This document shows, piece by piece, positions 26,346 through 36,890 of a DNA stretch of 64,000 bases (within the stretch, counting starts at the first letter, position 1; each line of letters begins with the position of its first letter). Position numbers and translations under genes: made by a program. Origin of the DNA: Candidatus Micrarchaeota archaeon (GTDB lineage Archaea; Micrarchaeota; Micrarchaeia; Norongarragalinales; SBBD01); the NCBI GenBank assembly GCA_038046605.1, contig JBBSVW010000073.1:196-64195 (forward strand). The letters run 5' to 3'. A model generated the notes under the pieces. That model was not told the origin of the DNA, searched no databases, and was given only the letters and a program-made list of their open reading frames with translations.

Positions 26346-28679
26346 CTATTCTGCACTAAGCTCCTCCACAACCGCCCTATCGCCGGAGTCCTTGTCGCGC
26401 TCGAAATAGAACACCTTCGAGGATGCGCCCTCCTTAAGCGCCTCATCGTGCGTTATGATGAATGTCTGCTCGACAATTTTAGGGATCTCATCCCTAAGCG
26501 CGCGGTTTAGGAGGTTCACCGCCTGGCTGTCGAGGTTGTGGGTGGGCTCGTCCAGGATGAGCCAGGAAAGATTTGGCGTAAGCACCATGGCAAATGCCAC
26601 GCGAAGCGTCAAGGCCGCGCAGCTCTTTTCCCCGCCGGAGCAATTCTCAATCCCGATCCACTGCCCATCCGGAGTTTGGAGCATCAATTCGTAATCATCG
26701 AAGCTTGGGCTTAGCATCAAGGCGCGATAATCGCCATAAGGGTAGATGCTCCCCCAAAGCGAATTCATGGCTTCGTTCATCGCCTCAATTAGCTGCGAGC
26801 GCATCAGTGTTTGCGTTTCCAAAACAGCCTCCTGGAATGAGATTAATTTTTGCGCCTTTTTTGCGAGTTCCAAAAGCTCCTCCTCCCTTGCCTTCAAATC
26901 GGCAATTTTTTGCCTTAACTGCTTGAATGCGCTTTCCAGTGTTAGCAAATTCCGCGAAATTGCCGCGTGCTGCGATTCGAGGCTTGCGGATTCCCGTTCT
27001 TCCTTGATCAATTCCATTCTTAAATGGGCAATTTTTTCGGGGCTGTGCGAAATCCTTGCAATTTCAGCATTCAAATCGATAATTTCCCCATCCAGCCCCT
27101 CGATTTCCACCCTGATTTTGGGCGCTTTTTGGGCATTCAAAAGCTCCCGTTCCAATCCTAATATTTTACCGGAGATTTCCGAGCCGTTTATTTGCGCCTC
27201 ATCCCTCCCCCTTTTAAGTTTTGGCTCATCCCCCCCGAGTTTTTCCAATTCATTGGAGCATTCCAAAAGATCCCTGGCAACATCCCCGAATTCCACGAGC
27301 CTAGCCTCATAAGTTTGCGCTTCCATGATTAGGCTTGAGAGTTTTTCTATTTTCCCTCTTTCCTCCGATGCGCGCGAATGCAAGCGCTTGATTTCCTCCC
27401 CAAGCCTTGCAATGTGCGCATGCCTTTGCTCCTCGAGCTGCCTTTTCCTTCCTGGCGTTAAGTCCGATTCGCAAATCGGGCATTTCGCATCCGCATGATG
27501 AAGCGCTTGTTGGGATTTTTCAAGCTCTTTGTTTTGCGCCTCTTTTGTTGCAAGAAGGGATGTGGTTTGCGAAAATTCCCCCTGGGCAATTTCATGTGCA
27601 AGCTTTAGGGCGCTTGCCTGCCCAATTGCCTTTGCCTTTTCAAGCAGGCTATGCCTCTCCAAAGCCCTGCGGTCAAGTTTGCCCTTTTCTGCCAATAGTA
27701 CCTTGATTCTTGCCAAAGCATTTGAGTGCTTATTGGCATTCTCCTGGCGCAGGCTCTCAATTTTTACCGCCTGCCCCCCTAGGGATTTGATTTCAGATAT
27801 GAGTTTTTCCGCATCATTTGCCCCAATCAATTTCTCCGCTTCCGCCAGTTCCCGTTTTTTTCCATTCAATAGCCCCTCTTTTCCAGCGAGCGTTTTTTCA
27901 AGGCGGGTAAATTCCCGCTCCGCCAATTCGAGCTTTTGAAGTTGCTTATTCCCTTCGTGGATTTTTTCCTTCACATGCGCCAATTTTTTCCCAGCCTCTT
28001 TGATTCCCTCCTTCAATTTTGCAATTTCCGCCTCCTTTTCCGTTTCCTCCTGCCTCAATTTGGCAATTCCTGCCCCTTCCAGATACCGTTCCAGTTCTGA
28101 TTTTTTCGAGGAGAGCTTTGATGCGGCAAGGCCGGCATTTTGCCTGGCGGCCTCAAACCTTGCAATTCCAAGCAGTTCATCGATTTGCCTTTTCCGCTCG
28201 CCTTTTTGCAGTGTCAGAATGTAATCGATTTTATTTTGCTCTGCGTAAATGATGCGCGAAAAAAGGTCGTAATCCACCCCGAGGATGCTTTCAATCAGTT
28301 CGGTAACCCTGGAAGTTTGCGCTTCCATTAGTTTGCCATCCTCGAATAGTTGCGCAGTTGTTGCCTTCTCGCCAAATTGCCTAACCGCCCTGTAGTTTTT
28401 CCCCACATGGGTGAATTCCAGCTCGACTATCCCGGCGGAATGCTTTTTTGGCCGCTGCATCACCAGCTCTTCCAATTTCACCTTCCGGCTTTTGAGCGCA
28501 GGAAACGTGCCAAATAGCGCAAAGCTTATCGCATCCATTACTGAACTCTTCCCGGATCCCATCTTTCCGATGAACAGGTTGCTCCCTTTCCCAAACCGTA
28601 GGCTGGTTTCCTCATGCGATTTCCAATTCTTCAAAAGAAGGCTATTTATCACAATTCCCCACAAGATAGGAATGGGCAA
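26346..28679 (-). CDS. rad50: Rad50/SbcC-type SMC-like ATPase
   Basis: Walker A GKMGSGKSS, long coiled-coils, central CPIC zinc hook, C-terminal signature SGGEKS and D-loop ILDEPTHNLD. Confidence 0.85.
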   Translation of the reverse strand: MPIPILWGIVINSLLLKNWKSHEETSLRFGKGSNLFIGKMGSGKSSVMDAISFALFGTFPALKSRKVKLEELVMQRPKKHSAGIVELEFTHVGKNYRAVRQFGEKATTAQLFEDGKLMEAQTSRVTELIESILGVDYDLFSRIIYAEQNKIDYILTLQKGERKRQIDELLGIARFEAARQNAGLAASKLSSKKSELERYLEGAGIAKLRQEETEKEAEIAKLKEGIKEAGKKLAHVKEKIHEGNKQLQKLELAEREFTRLEKTLAGKEGLLNGKKRELAEAEKLIGANDAEKLISEIKSLGGQAVKIESLRQENANKHSNALARIKVLLAEKGKLDRRALERHSLLEKAKAIGQASALKLAHEIAQGEFSQTTSLLATKEAQNKELEKSQQALHHADAKCPICESDLTPGRKRQLEEQRHAHIARLGEEIKRLHSRASEERGKIEKLSSLIMEAQTYEARLVEFGDVARDLLECSNELEKLGGDEPKLKRGRDEAQINGSEISGKILGLERELLNAQKAPKIRVEIEGLDGEIIDLNAEIARISHSPEKIAHLRMELIKEERESASLESQHAAISRNLLTLESAFKQLRQKIADLKAREEELLELAKKAQKLISFQEAVLETQTLMRSQLIEAMNEAMNSLWGSIYPYGDYRALMLSPSFDDYELMLQTPDGQWIGIENCSGGEKSCAALTLRVAFAMVLTPNLSWLILDEPTHNLDSQAVNLLNRALRDEIPKIVEQTFIITHDEALKEGASSKVFYFERDKDSGDRAVVEELSAE

Positions 28680-28869
28680 GGGAAATTAAAAAATGGCTGA
28701 TAAGGCGGAAAATTGCGGATTTGTTGCTAGCAGCCACGAATATCCGCTGCACCCGATTAAATGCGCCCTTTACTAATATTGATACACAAATCAAAATTGA
28801 GGCGGAACGCCCAATCCGGGCAATGCCCGGATTCCCATAGAATACGGATATGCCTAGACTCGAAGTCTT

Positions 28870-31194
28870 GTGCAGGGGGAGGCACTCCCCCGTCGCGGAT
28901 TTCCAAAGCAATTTATATTCAGGGGGTATAACGCTTTAGGTAAGGCTATGGTTGGCGAATTCGTTGTCAAAAGCGAGGGCGGTAGGCGCCAGCTCATCAT
29001 CAATTACAAGGGCTCCCCGTATGGGGCAGACATTGCGCAGTATGCGCCTTGCATGAAGGATGTTGTCGAAAAACTAAGGGAAGTCGATGCGGATGAGGTC
29101 GTGCTCTCCGAATACTATGAAAAGATCTACAATGCCGAACAAGTCGGGCTTCTTAGGGGAATAAGCGATCTTATCCAAAAGCTCGAAGCGCAGGCAGTAT
29201 GGTCGCCAAGCAACCTTGGAAATACGAATGATTCCAAGCTACTGGCGCCAAGGCACGATGCCATAATGCAAGCCCTTGATTTGCTTCCGGGAGACCCCTT
29301 CCGCGCCTACCTGGCAATTTTACAGGAAATAAAAACCCAGATGGCGCGCGCGCAAGCCTCGAATGAAGCGGCGCTTGATGACCTCAAGGTCTATCTCAAA
29401 ACGCTTGGATTCATGCGAAGCGAGCTGGAAAAAACGCAGCTAATCTCCTCAATGAAAAAATACCTGTTGCAGCTTGCAACAATCCCAACTGACCGCAACA
29501 TCTACCGCACGCTTTTCGAAGCGGCAATAAAGCCATCCTTCATAGGCTCGCGCATCTTCTTTACCGGCTCTGAAAACCTGCAGCTAATCGACCAGTATGA
29601 TGTGATTGGCACGAAGGTTTACATCTACAAGCACCCGGAAAAAGTCGAGCTTCTCTACTATATCAACCCTCCCGAATACACCCTTTCGCCCGAAAAATAT
29701 TTCCTCCTGGAAAAGACAAAGGAGGTCGTTTCAACCCACCGCCCGGCGTCCGTATCCTTCCTTGACATGCAGCAGGCGCGCAAGTATTTCCGCAAGATTT
29801 ACATGGCAACAATCAACGATTTGGCAACCCAAAACAACATAAAAATATCCGCAGAGGAAAAAGATGAGCTTTCGACCATTGTCAGCAGGTACACAATTGG
29901 CTACGGAATCATGGAAATCCTCCTATCCGACAGGCAGCTCACCGACGTGTATGTTGATTCCCCGCTCGGCGAAAAGCCCATCTACCTCGTCCATAGCAAA
30001 TACGGCCAGTGCCAAACAAATGTGATATTTTCCCAGGAGGAGGCAAAAAGCCTGATTTCAAGGTTCCGCGCACTATCTGGGCGGCCCTTTGATGAAGCCC
30101 ACCCCATCCTGGATTTTGATCTGCCCGATTTGCAAACCCGCATTGCAGCAATTGGCAGGCCCCTTGCGGTTGACGGGACGGCCTTTGCCTTGCGTTTGCA
30201 CAAGGAAACACCCTGGACGCTCACGCAATTTTTGGATTTCCGCATGTTCAATCCCCTAACCGCCGGGCTTTTGTCATTCATGGTGGATGCTCAGGCATCA
30301 ATGCTGATTGTTGGAAGCAGGGGCGCGGGCAAGACGTCGATCCTTCAAAGTTTAATGCAGGAAATTCCTCAAAACCTAAGGATAATTGTGCAGGAAGACA
30401 CTTTAGAATTGCCTGTCCATTCCCTCAAGCGCCTTGGCTTTTCCATCCAGCGGCTCAAAACAAGGGCGCCCCTTGGGATGCAAAGCGAATCCGAGGTGTC
30501 CGCTGAGGATGCGCTTAGGACTGCCCTTCGTTTGGGCGATTCGGTATTAATTGTAGGGGAGGTGAGGTCCGTTGAAGCTAGGGCCCTATTCGAAGCCATG
30601 AGGGTAGGGGCGGTTGGAAACGTTGTAATGGGGACCATCCATGGCGAGAGCGCGTATTCCATTTGGGATCGAATTGTTAATGATTTGGGGGTTCCAACTA
30701 CCTCATTCAAGGCAACTGATTTTGCAATTGTTGCAACGCAGATCAGGTTCAAAGGATCGCTCAAGCGCCAAAGGAGGCTTATTGAAATCACGGAAGTCAA
30801 AAAGCATTGGACGCAGGATCCGGATAAGGAGGATGGCTTCCTTAACTGGATGATGTTTGATGCTGCAAAGGATGATTTGGAGTTTTTTGAGGAAAAAATC
30901 AAGGAATCCGAATGGCTAGATAAGCTGCAAAAAACCCGTGGGCTAAAGTTGGAGCAGATTTGGGATGAAATCCATGCGCGGGCGGATGCAAAGCAATACC
31001 TTGTGGATCTCAAGCGCAAATACTCCATTCCTAAGCTTTTAGAAGCTGAAAACACATTGCCGGCGCACAGCCGCTATATGCTGCTATCAGAAGCGCAGCG
31101 CGAGGAGAATGGCAGTGTCGATCACAAGCAGCTGCTTAAGGATTACCGGGCGTGGGTCGATGATTACCTTGCCAAACCATTACTGAAGAAATAA
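28870..31194 (+). CDS. Secretion-superfamily ATPase (GspE/FlaI/VirB11/TadA-type) with ~330-aa N-terminal extension
   Basis: Walker A VGSRGAGKTS, Asp box SVLIVGEVR, His box MGTIHGES. 774 aa. Confidence 0.8.
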   Translation: MQGEALPRRGFPKQFIFRGYNALGKAMVGEFVVKSEGGRRQLIINYKGSPYGADIAQYAPCMKDVVEKLREVDADEVVLSEYYEKIYNAEQVGLLRGISDLIQKLEAQAVWSPSNLGNTNDSKLLAPRHDAIMQALDLLPGDPFRAYLAILQEIKTQMARAQASNEAALDDLKVYLKTLGFMRSELEKTQLISSMKKYLLQLATIPTDRNIYRTLFEAAIKPSFIGSRIFFTGSENLQLIDQYDVIGTKVYIYKHPEKVELLYYINPPEYTLSPEKYFLLEKTKEVVSTHRPASVSFLDMQQARKYFRKIYMATINDLATQNNIKISAEEKDELSTIVSRYTIGYGIMEILLSDRQLTDVYVDSPLGEKPIYLVHSKYGQCQTNVIFSQEEAKSLISRFRALSGRPFDEAHPILDFDLPDLQTRIAAIGRPLAVDGTAFALRLHKETPWTLTQFLDFRMFNPLTAGLLSFMVDAQASMLIVGSRGAGKTSILQSLMQEIPQNLRIIVQEDTLELPVHSLKRLGFSIQRLKTRAPLGMQSESEVSAEDALRTALRLGDSVLIVGEVRSVEARALFEAMRVGAVGNVVMGTIHGESAYSIWDRIVNDLGVPTTSFKATDFAIVATQIRFKGSLKRQRRLIEITEVKKHWTQDPDKEDGFLNWMMFDAAKDDLEFFEEKIKESEWLDKLQKTRGLKLEQIWDEIHARADAKQYLVDLKRKYSIPKLLEAENTLPAHSRYMLLSEAQREENGSVDHKQLLKDYRAWVDDYLAKPLLKK

Positions 31195-31667
31195 TGGGGT
31201 AGGGGCGACACGCGTAGGGGAAATGTGTTCCCCTAGAGGTGTCGATTACAAGGAGTGGGTTGACAACTATTTAGCGAAACCATTGCTCAAAAAATGAGGG
31301 GGTAGAGGCAACACGAGTAGGGGGATACTTCCCCCTGTAGGTGTCGATTACAAGCAATGGGTTGACGACTACTTGGCAAAACCATTATTAAAGAAATAAT
31401 GGGGTAGAGGCGATGTTGGAGTTGAAAGACAACTACGACATAAGTAGAGGCAAGCTCTACGCTACACGAGTAGGGGAAATGTGTTCCCCTATGGGTGTCG
31501 ATTACAAGCAATGGGTGGACGGCTATTTGGCGAAGCCGCTGCTGAAGAAATAAATTCAATTAAATTGATACGCAGAAGTAACTAGGGGGGAGGCGGCGAC
31601 ACGTGGTGGGGGCTTAGCCCCCATTGGGTGTCGATGATTATTTGGCGAAGCCGCTTCTGAAGAAATA
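31195..31667 (+). repeat. Array of four degenerate repeat units, each a GC-rich nested hairpin plus an in-frame copy of the ATPase 3' terminal codons ending ...YLAKPLLKK-stop
   Basis: Units at 31195-31297, 31298-31399, 31400-31553 (carries a 57-nt insertion) and 31585-31667. Hairpin stems are conserved while loops vary. The coding tails differ mainly at synonymous positions. Confidence 0.8.
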
Positions 31668-31795
31668 GGACTTGCAATTAAGCTCACGTGTTTTACTATT
31701 TGCACCTTAACCCTTTTTATTCCTCATTTCAAAAAAATTATAGATTTTGCAACAGTTTAAAAGCCTCTTTTCCTTCAATTTTGCGAGGGGTATAG

Positions 31796-33064
31796 TTGAA
31801 AATTGGGATACTGACAGGCACTAGGCCTGACATCATCAAAATGGCGCCGGTCTACTGGGAGGCAAAGCGCTGGGGGCATAGGCCGGTTCTAATCCACACC
31901 TCGCAGCACTTCCCCTACCACCTATTCGAGGGCGTTTACCGGGATTTGGATTTGCCCTTCCCCCCTGATTATTTGGTGCAGTATGGCATTGTAAAGAAGC
32001 TGGGCGTGCACGTTTCAAAGGCGGCCTATCATTTGGATGAGGGCGCTAATCTAGGGCTCTCCAAAAAATTCGAGAATCTTGCAACCAAAATCACCTCAAG
32101 AAGGCCAAATCCCGCTGCAACGGTGGGGAGCATAATGCTGGAGCTTAATTCCCTTTTCCAGGGCGAACTTAAGGATCTTGACATCCTGCTTGTGCATGGC
32201 GATACCCTGACAAACATGGCCGGCGCGCTTGCTGCTTCCCTTAACCTCATTCCCGTTGGCCATGTGGAGGCGGGCCTTCGAACTTTTTCAAAAGAGCCCT
32301 TTCCCGAGCAGATAGATACGCGTGTTGCGGATGCATGCTCCGATGTATATTTTGCAGCAACGAAAACCAACGAAATCAACCTGATAAATGAGGGGTATCA
32401 AAGAGACCGGATCTTTGTTGTTGGCAATACCGTAGTTGATGCGGCGATATTTGCTGCCAGGAAAGGGAAATCGAGCCGCGCCTTTTTTGAGAAATTGGGC
32501 TTTGATTTTTCAAAAAAGCTGGTGTATTTCTCATGCCATCGCAGGGAGAGCCTCATGCATGAGCAAAGGTTTAGGGCAATTGTTTTTGCAATGGCTAATC
32601 TTAGCGATCTTGGCTACCAAGTCCTTTGGTCGGTTAGGCCCGGGACACAAGAAGCTATCAATAAATACGGCCTGAATCCCATGCTGAAGGACCATCCAAA
32701 CCTTCGCCGGGTATCTGAAATTCCAAGGTATTCCGATATTATGTTTTTCATTTCAAAATGCCATCTAGTTGCAACCGATTCCGGAAGCATGCAGGAGGAA
32801 ACTGCCGCCCTTCATGTGCCAACTGTTACCCTAAGATTTGTCACGGATAGGCCAGAGAGCGTAGATGCGGGAGTAAACATATTGGCACCGCCAACATCGG
32901 AAAAGGCAATCCGGTCGATACTTGATACTGCCTCCTCTCCCAAGGTTAATAAGCAAATGCGCCTAAAAAAGAATCCTTACGGGGATGGCAAATCCGCCTT
33001 AAAAATAATTTCGTCACTAGAAAAGCTGGAGGGCAAATTTATCCGGTGGGAGCATGGAAAATAG
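31796..33064 (+). CDS. wecB: UDP-N-acetylglucosamine 2-epimerase (non-hydrolysing, WecB-like)
   Basis: IKMAPV N-terminus; VGHVEAGLRTF motif. Confidence 0.85.
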   Translation: MKIGILTGTRPDIIKMAPVYWEAKRWGHRPVLIHTSQHFPYHLFEGVYRDLDLPFPPDYLVQYGIVKKLGVHVSKAAYHLDEGANLGLSKKFENLATKITSRRPNPAATVGSIMLELNSLFQGELKDLDILLVHGDTLTNMAGALAASLNLIPVGHVEAGLRTFSKEPFPEQIDTRVADACSDVYFAATKTNEINLINEGYQRDRIFVVGNTVVDAAIFAARKGKSSRAFFEKLGFDFSKKLVYFSCHRRESLMHEQRFRAIVFAMANLSDLGYQVLWSVRPGTQEAINKYGLNPMLKDHPNLRRVSEIPRYSDIMFFISKCHLVATDSGSMQEETAALHVPTVTLRFVTDRPESVDAGVNILAPPTSEKAIRSILDTASSPKVNKQMRLKKNPYGDGKSALKIISSLEKLEGKFIRWEHGK

Positions 33065-34535
33065 GGTGCTACTAGGGATTGCATTGTTTGCGGCAATTTC
33101 CCTAGCGGGCTTTTTCCTATCGCTCTATGCAGTTTCTGGAAATGCGGCATACTGGTGGGATGAGGCTGAATACGGCATCCTATCAAGGAGCATGACCCAA
33201 AACGGCTACTTCGGGTTTTTTGGCGGCCCAAGCTATAGGCCCCCAATGCTCCCAGTTTACATCGCAATCCTGCGCGGCCTTGTTGGGGAATTGGCCTGGA
33301 TATTGATAATTCCCCTCTTTTCCGCCCTAAGCGCCGGGGCAATTTTCATCCTTTCAAGGAAGCTGTTTGGCGAAACTGCAGCGGTCATCGCCTCAATTCT
33401 CATGCTCTCTTCTAGCCTTTACATCTTCTATTCCGGCAGGCTATTAACCGAGGTTCCGGGCATCTTCTTTAGCGCCCTATCCGCTTACTTTTTCTTCAAA
33501 GCCTTTGAGGAAAAGCGCCCGCGCGATTTCCTCCTCCTCTGCCTTTTTTCCCTGACCGCGTTCCTGGTATACTATCGGTTTTCCATGATGCTTGTTTCGA
33601 TGGCACTCTTTGCCCTATTATTCCGGACAAAGGGCATTTTGGAAAATCTTAAGCCCATTTTGGCATCCCTGGCAATCTTTTTGATTTTGCTTGCGCCCCT
33701 CCTTCTCTACAGCAACTCCTATTTCGGATCGTTCATCGGCCTATTTTCCTCCTCGTATTCCGGCCAGCAACCCGAGCCCCTTGATTGGTTTATTTCCAAC
33801 ATAGGGCACATTTTCTCAAACATGTATGTTGTGGCATTCACAATTATTGCATTTATTTACGCTCTTGCATTTGGCCAAAAGCCAATCCGTTTCCTTGCGC
33901 TTCTTACAATTATCTCCTTCATTTCCGCAAGCGTGCTTCTTAACCACAAGGAGGATAGATACCTGATGCCCCTATTTCCAATCGTATTCATGCTTATTGC
34001 CGGCTTTTGCGCCGTGGTTTTGGAAAAAGCATATTCTGCAATAAAGGGCTTTTCGTCGGCGCACATGGAAAAGGGTGCAATCTATATTTCGGCAAGCATT
34101 CTTGTCCTTTTCCTGCTCTACCAATCAACACTTGCAAATATGGGGCAGGGCCTTTCGCTTTTCGAATCGAAAAAAGCCTCATTTGGGGATGTGAAGGAAG
34201 CGGCGCTATTTGTCCGCGACTCGACCCTGCCTCAAGATGCCGTAATGTCGGATTCCGTAACCGCCATGTTTTATATGGATCGCTATAGCGCGGGCTTTTC
34301 GTCAAGCAACATATCCTATGTCCAGGGGCTTCTTGAAAGCAAAAAGCCCAAATACCTTCTCATCACTGCCTACGAATCCAGGGATGCGTACATCAACGCG
34401 ATAAATAATATGAAAAATCTTAAGGTTGCAGCAAATTCGGTGGAATATGTGTTCCTCCATCCGGAAAAATTCCAGCTTGAGAAGGTATTCCCAACTGAAA
34501 CTTCCCCATACGTGATGGTTTTCAAAATAATTTGA
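33054..34535 (+). CDS. GT-C fold membrane glycosyltransferase (ArnT/PMT-like)
   Basis: First-loop WWDEAEY acidic motif after TM1. ~12 TM. Confidence 0.55.
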   Translation: MENRVLLGIALFAAISLAGFFLSLYAVSGNAAYWWDEAEYGILSRSMTQNGYFGFFGGPSYRPPMLPVYIAILRGLVGELAWILIIPLFSALSAGAIFILSRKLFGETAAVIASILMLSSSLYIFYSGRLLTEVPGIFFSALSAYFFFKAFEEKRPRDFLLLCLFSLTAFLVYYRFSMMLVSMALFALLFRTKGILENLKPILASLAIFLILLAPLLLYSNSYFGSFIGLFSSSYSGQQPEPLDWFISNIGHIFSNMYVVAFTIIAFIYALAFGQKPIRFLALLTIISFISASVLLNHKEDRYLMPLFPIVFMLIAGFCAVVLEKAYSAIKGFSSAHMEKGAIYISASILVLFLLYQSTLANMGQGLSLFESKKASFGDVKEAALFVRDSTLPQDAVMSDSVTAMFYMDRYSAGFSSSNISYVQGLLESKKPKYLLITAYESRDAYINAINNMKNLKVAANSVEYVFLHPEKFQLEKVFPTETSPYVMVFKII

Positions 34536-34536
34536 T

Positions 34537-35847
34537 GTGATTTCCATGAAAATAGCATTCATTGGAGCGGGGTATGTGGGCCTAGTATCTGCCGTAGGCT
34601 ACGCCCTTGCTGGAAACGATAGCGTATGCATAGAAATTGATGAGCGCAAAATTGCGCAAATCAATGGCGGCAAGGCGCCAATTTATGAGGGGGGGCTTGA
34701 TGATGCGCTGTTGAAACTAACCCGCGATGGTAAACTTTTGGCAACCTCCGATTATAACGGCATAGCCTCCGCCCAGGCAATTTTCATCTGCGTTGGCACG
34801 CCTTCGGCGCAGGATGGTTCAATTGACCTGCGGTATATTGAGGATTCCTGCGCTAAAATAGCCTCAATTCTCCCAAAAATGAAGGGATACCCAATTGTCG
34901 TGGTCAAGAGCACGGTAATTCCAGGGACCACAAGCGGCCTTGTCAAGGGAATTTTGGAAAAGGGGAGCAAACTGCGCGCAGGAAGGGATTTTGGGCTTGC
35001 CATGATGCCAGAATTCCTTAGGGAGGGAACCGCACTTGCTGATTTCAAGCATCCGGATAGGATTGTCATTGGAACCATGGATGAAAAAACAAGGAAGGTG
35101 CTAATGGGTCTGCATTCAAAATTCCCAGGCGAAAAACTCATTGTCAGCCCCTCCGCGGCAGAGATGATCAAGTACGCAAGCAACTCATTTTTGGCAACCA
35201 AAATCTCATTTGTGAACCAGCTTGCGCTGCTTTGTGAAAAAACCGGCATTGATGTTGATGATGTTGCAAGGGGGATGGGACTTGACAATAGGATAGCGAT
35301 GCCATTCCTTCGAGCGGGCCCGGGTTTTGGAGGAAGCTGCTTTCCTAAGGATGTTAGGGCCCTGATGCATTTTTCAGGCAAGGAAGGGGTTGAACCCACA
35401 ATTCTCGAATCCGTAATGTTGGTAAATTCCCTGCAGCCGCTTTGGCTAATTGGGGCGGCGCAGGAAAAAATGCCCCTTAAGGGCAAAACAATTTGCATCC
35501 TTGGCCTTGCATTCAAGCCGGATACCGACGATGTGCGCGAATCGCCTGCGATCCCAGTCATTTCGCAGCTTTTGAAAATGGGATGCAAGGTTTTGGCATA
35601 CGATCCCAAAGGAATGGCAAATTTCAAAAAGCTATTTCCCAAGTTGGATTATGCCAATTCAATGGATGATGCGCTTAAAGGCGCCGATGCCTGCATGATA
35701 ATAACCGATTGGAAGGAATTCAAAAAGCCAATTGCCCATTATGAGAGGCTAATGAAAAATCCACTCATTTTGGATTCAAGAAGGATACTTGATCCAAAAA
35801 CCGCAATTACTGCAAGTTATATTTCGCTTGGAAGGGGAATTGCATGA
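34537..35847 (+). CDS. Nucleotide-sugar 6-dehydrogenase (UDP-glucose / UDP-ManNAc dehydrogenase family)
   Basis: N-terminal IGAGYVGL Rossmann motif; catalytic [10 protein letters not shown]. Confidence 0.9.
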   Translation: MISMKIAFIGAGYVGLVSAVGYALAGNDSVCIEIDERKIAQINGGKAPIYEGGLDDALLKLTRDGKLLATSDYNGIASAQAIFICVGTPSAQDGSIDLRYIEDSCAKIASILPKMKGYPIVVVKSTVIPGTTSGLVKGILEKGSKLRAGRDFGLAMMPEFLREGTALADFKHPDRIVIGTMDEKTRKVLMGLHSKFPGEKLIVSPSAAEMIKYASNSFLATKISFVNQLALLCEKTGIDVDDVARGMGLDNRIAMPFLRAGPGFGGSCFPKDVRALMHFSGKEGVEPTILESVMLVNSLQPLWLIGAAQEKMPLKGKTICILGLAFKPDTDDVRESPAIPVISQLLKMGCKVLAYDPKGMANFKKLFPKLDYANSMDDALKGADACMIITDWKEFKKPIAHYERLMKNPLILDSRRILDPKTAITASYISLGRGIA

Positions 35848-36794
35848 AAGTATTTGTCACCGGAGGCGCGGGATTCATAGGGAGCCACGTATGCGAAAAA
35901 TTGGTATCACTTGGGCATGAGGTAATTGCAATTGACAATTTCGATCCTTACTACGGAAAGGGGCAAAAGATCGCCAATATTTCCCCCCTTAAGAAAAGCA
36001 AAAAATTCCACTTTTTGGAAATGTCCATCCTATCCCCCGAATTTCCCGCCTATCTGAAGGAATCCGGCGCGGATTCGATAATCCACCTTGCTGCAAGGCC
36101 CGGCGTTAGGCCCTCGCTTGCCGATCCATTCATTTACCAGAAAATAAATGTGGAGGGCACCCTTAGGGTTTTGGAGGCATGCCGAATTGCGGATATTTCC
36201 AATCTTGTTTCCATTTCCTCCTCATCAGTTTATGGAAATTGCAAAACCAAGCCCTGGAAGGAAACTGATACCCCCCTTCCGGCTTCCCCCTATGGCGCAT
36301 CCAAGCTTGCCGGTGAGGCCTACGTCCGCGCTTACCACGAACTATATTCCATTTCCGCCAAATGCCTTAGGTATTTTTCAGTATACGGTGAAAGGCAGCG
36401 GCCCGACCTTGCACTTGCGCTCTTCGCCAATGCAATGATGGAAAATAAGCCCATCAGGATGTTTGGGGATGGCTCATCTCTTAGGGATTACACCTATATC
36501 TCCGATGCCGTCGATGGCACGATTTCAGCCCTTTTGGCAAATCCGGATTTCGAGATTTTCAATATAGGCAATTCAAAGCCAGTTGCGCTCAAGCGTTTAA
36601 TTAACCTACTGGAGCAAAATCTTGGAGTGAGCGCCAAAATTGAGCGCCTCCCGGAGCAAAAGGGCGATTTGTCGGATACGTATGCTGACATTAGCAAGGC
36701 AAAAAAAATGCTGAATTATTCCCCAAAGGTTGGAATTGAATGGGGGGTAAAAAAATACATCGAGTGGAGGAAAAAGGCATGGATTGGGAAGTGA
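35844..36794 (+). CDS. NAD-dependent nucleotide-sugar epimerase/dehydratase (SDR-extended)
   Basis: [11 protein letters not shown]; YGASKLAGE (YxxxK). Confidence 0.85.
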   Translation: MKVFVTGGAGFIGSHVCEKLVSLGHEVIAIDNFDPYYGKGQKIANISPLKKSKKFHFLEMSILSPEFPAYLKESGADSIIHLAARPGVRPSLADPFIYQKINVEGTLRVLEACRIADISNLVSISSSSVYGNCKTKPWKETDTPLPASPYGASKLAGEAYVRAYHELYSISAKCLRYFSVYGERQRPDLALALFANAMMENKPIRMFGDGSSLRDYTYISDAVDGTISALLANPDFEIFNIGNSKPVALKRLINLLEQNLGVSAKIERLPEQKGDLSDTYADISKAKKMLNYSPKVGIEWGVKKYIEWRKKAWIGK

Positions 36795-36890
36795 TTAATG
36801 CATTTCGTAGTCATATTGCGCAAATTGCAAAAAATCCAGGCTTACCATTTGAATTGCAATCCAACGGATGAAAAAGGCGAAAAATCAAAT

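Noticed and set aside
26746-28252. Several 60-190-aa plus-strand ORFs
   Set aside because: Antisense to rad50. Ser/Ala/Phe-rich low-complexity translations are typical of reverse frames of coiled-coil genes.
26188-28870. Mre11, HerA or NurA adjacent to Rad50
   Set aside because: Both flanks were inspected. Downstream are two small membrane proteins; upstream is the divergent secretion ATPase. No phosphoesterase (D-H-D-H) motifs are present.
30369-31055. 228-aa minus-strand ORF
   Set aside because: Antisense within the secretion ATPase gene.
31195-31667. Possible CRISPR array because of regularly spaced hairpin-containing repeats
   Set aside because: Units are degenerate rather than identical. 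The 'spacers' are homologous to each other and to the ATPase 3' coding end. No cas genes or leader are present.
34752-35642. 296-aa minus-strand ORF
   Set aside because: Antisense shadow ORF within the nucleotide-sugar dehydrogenase gene, which carries strong GAGYVGL and GGSCFPKD motifs.
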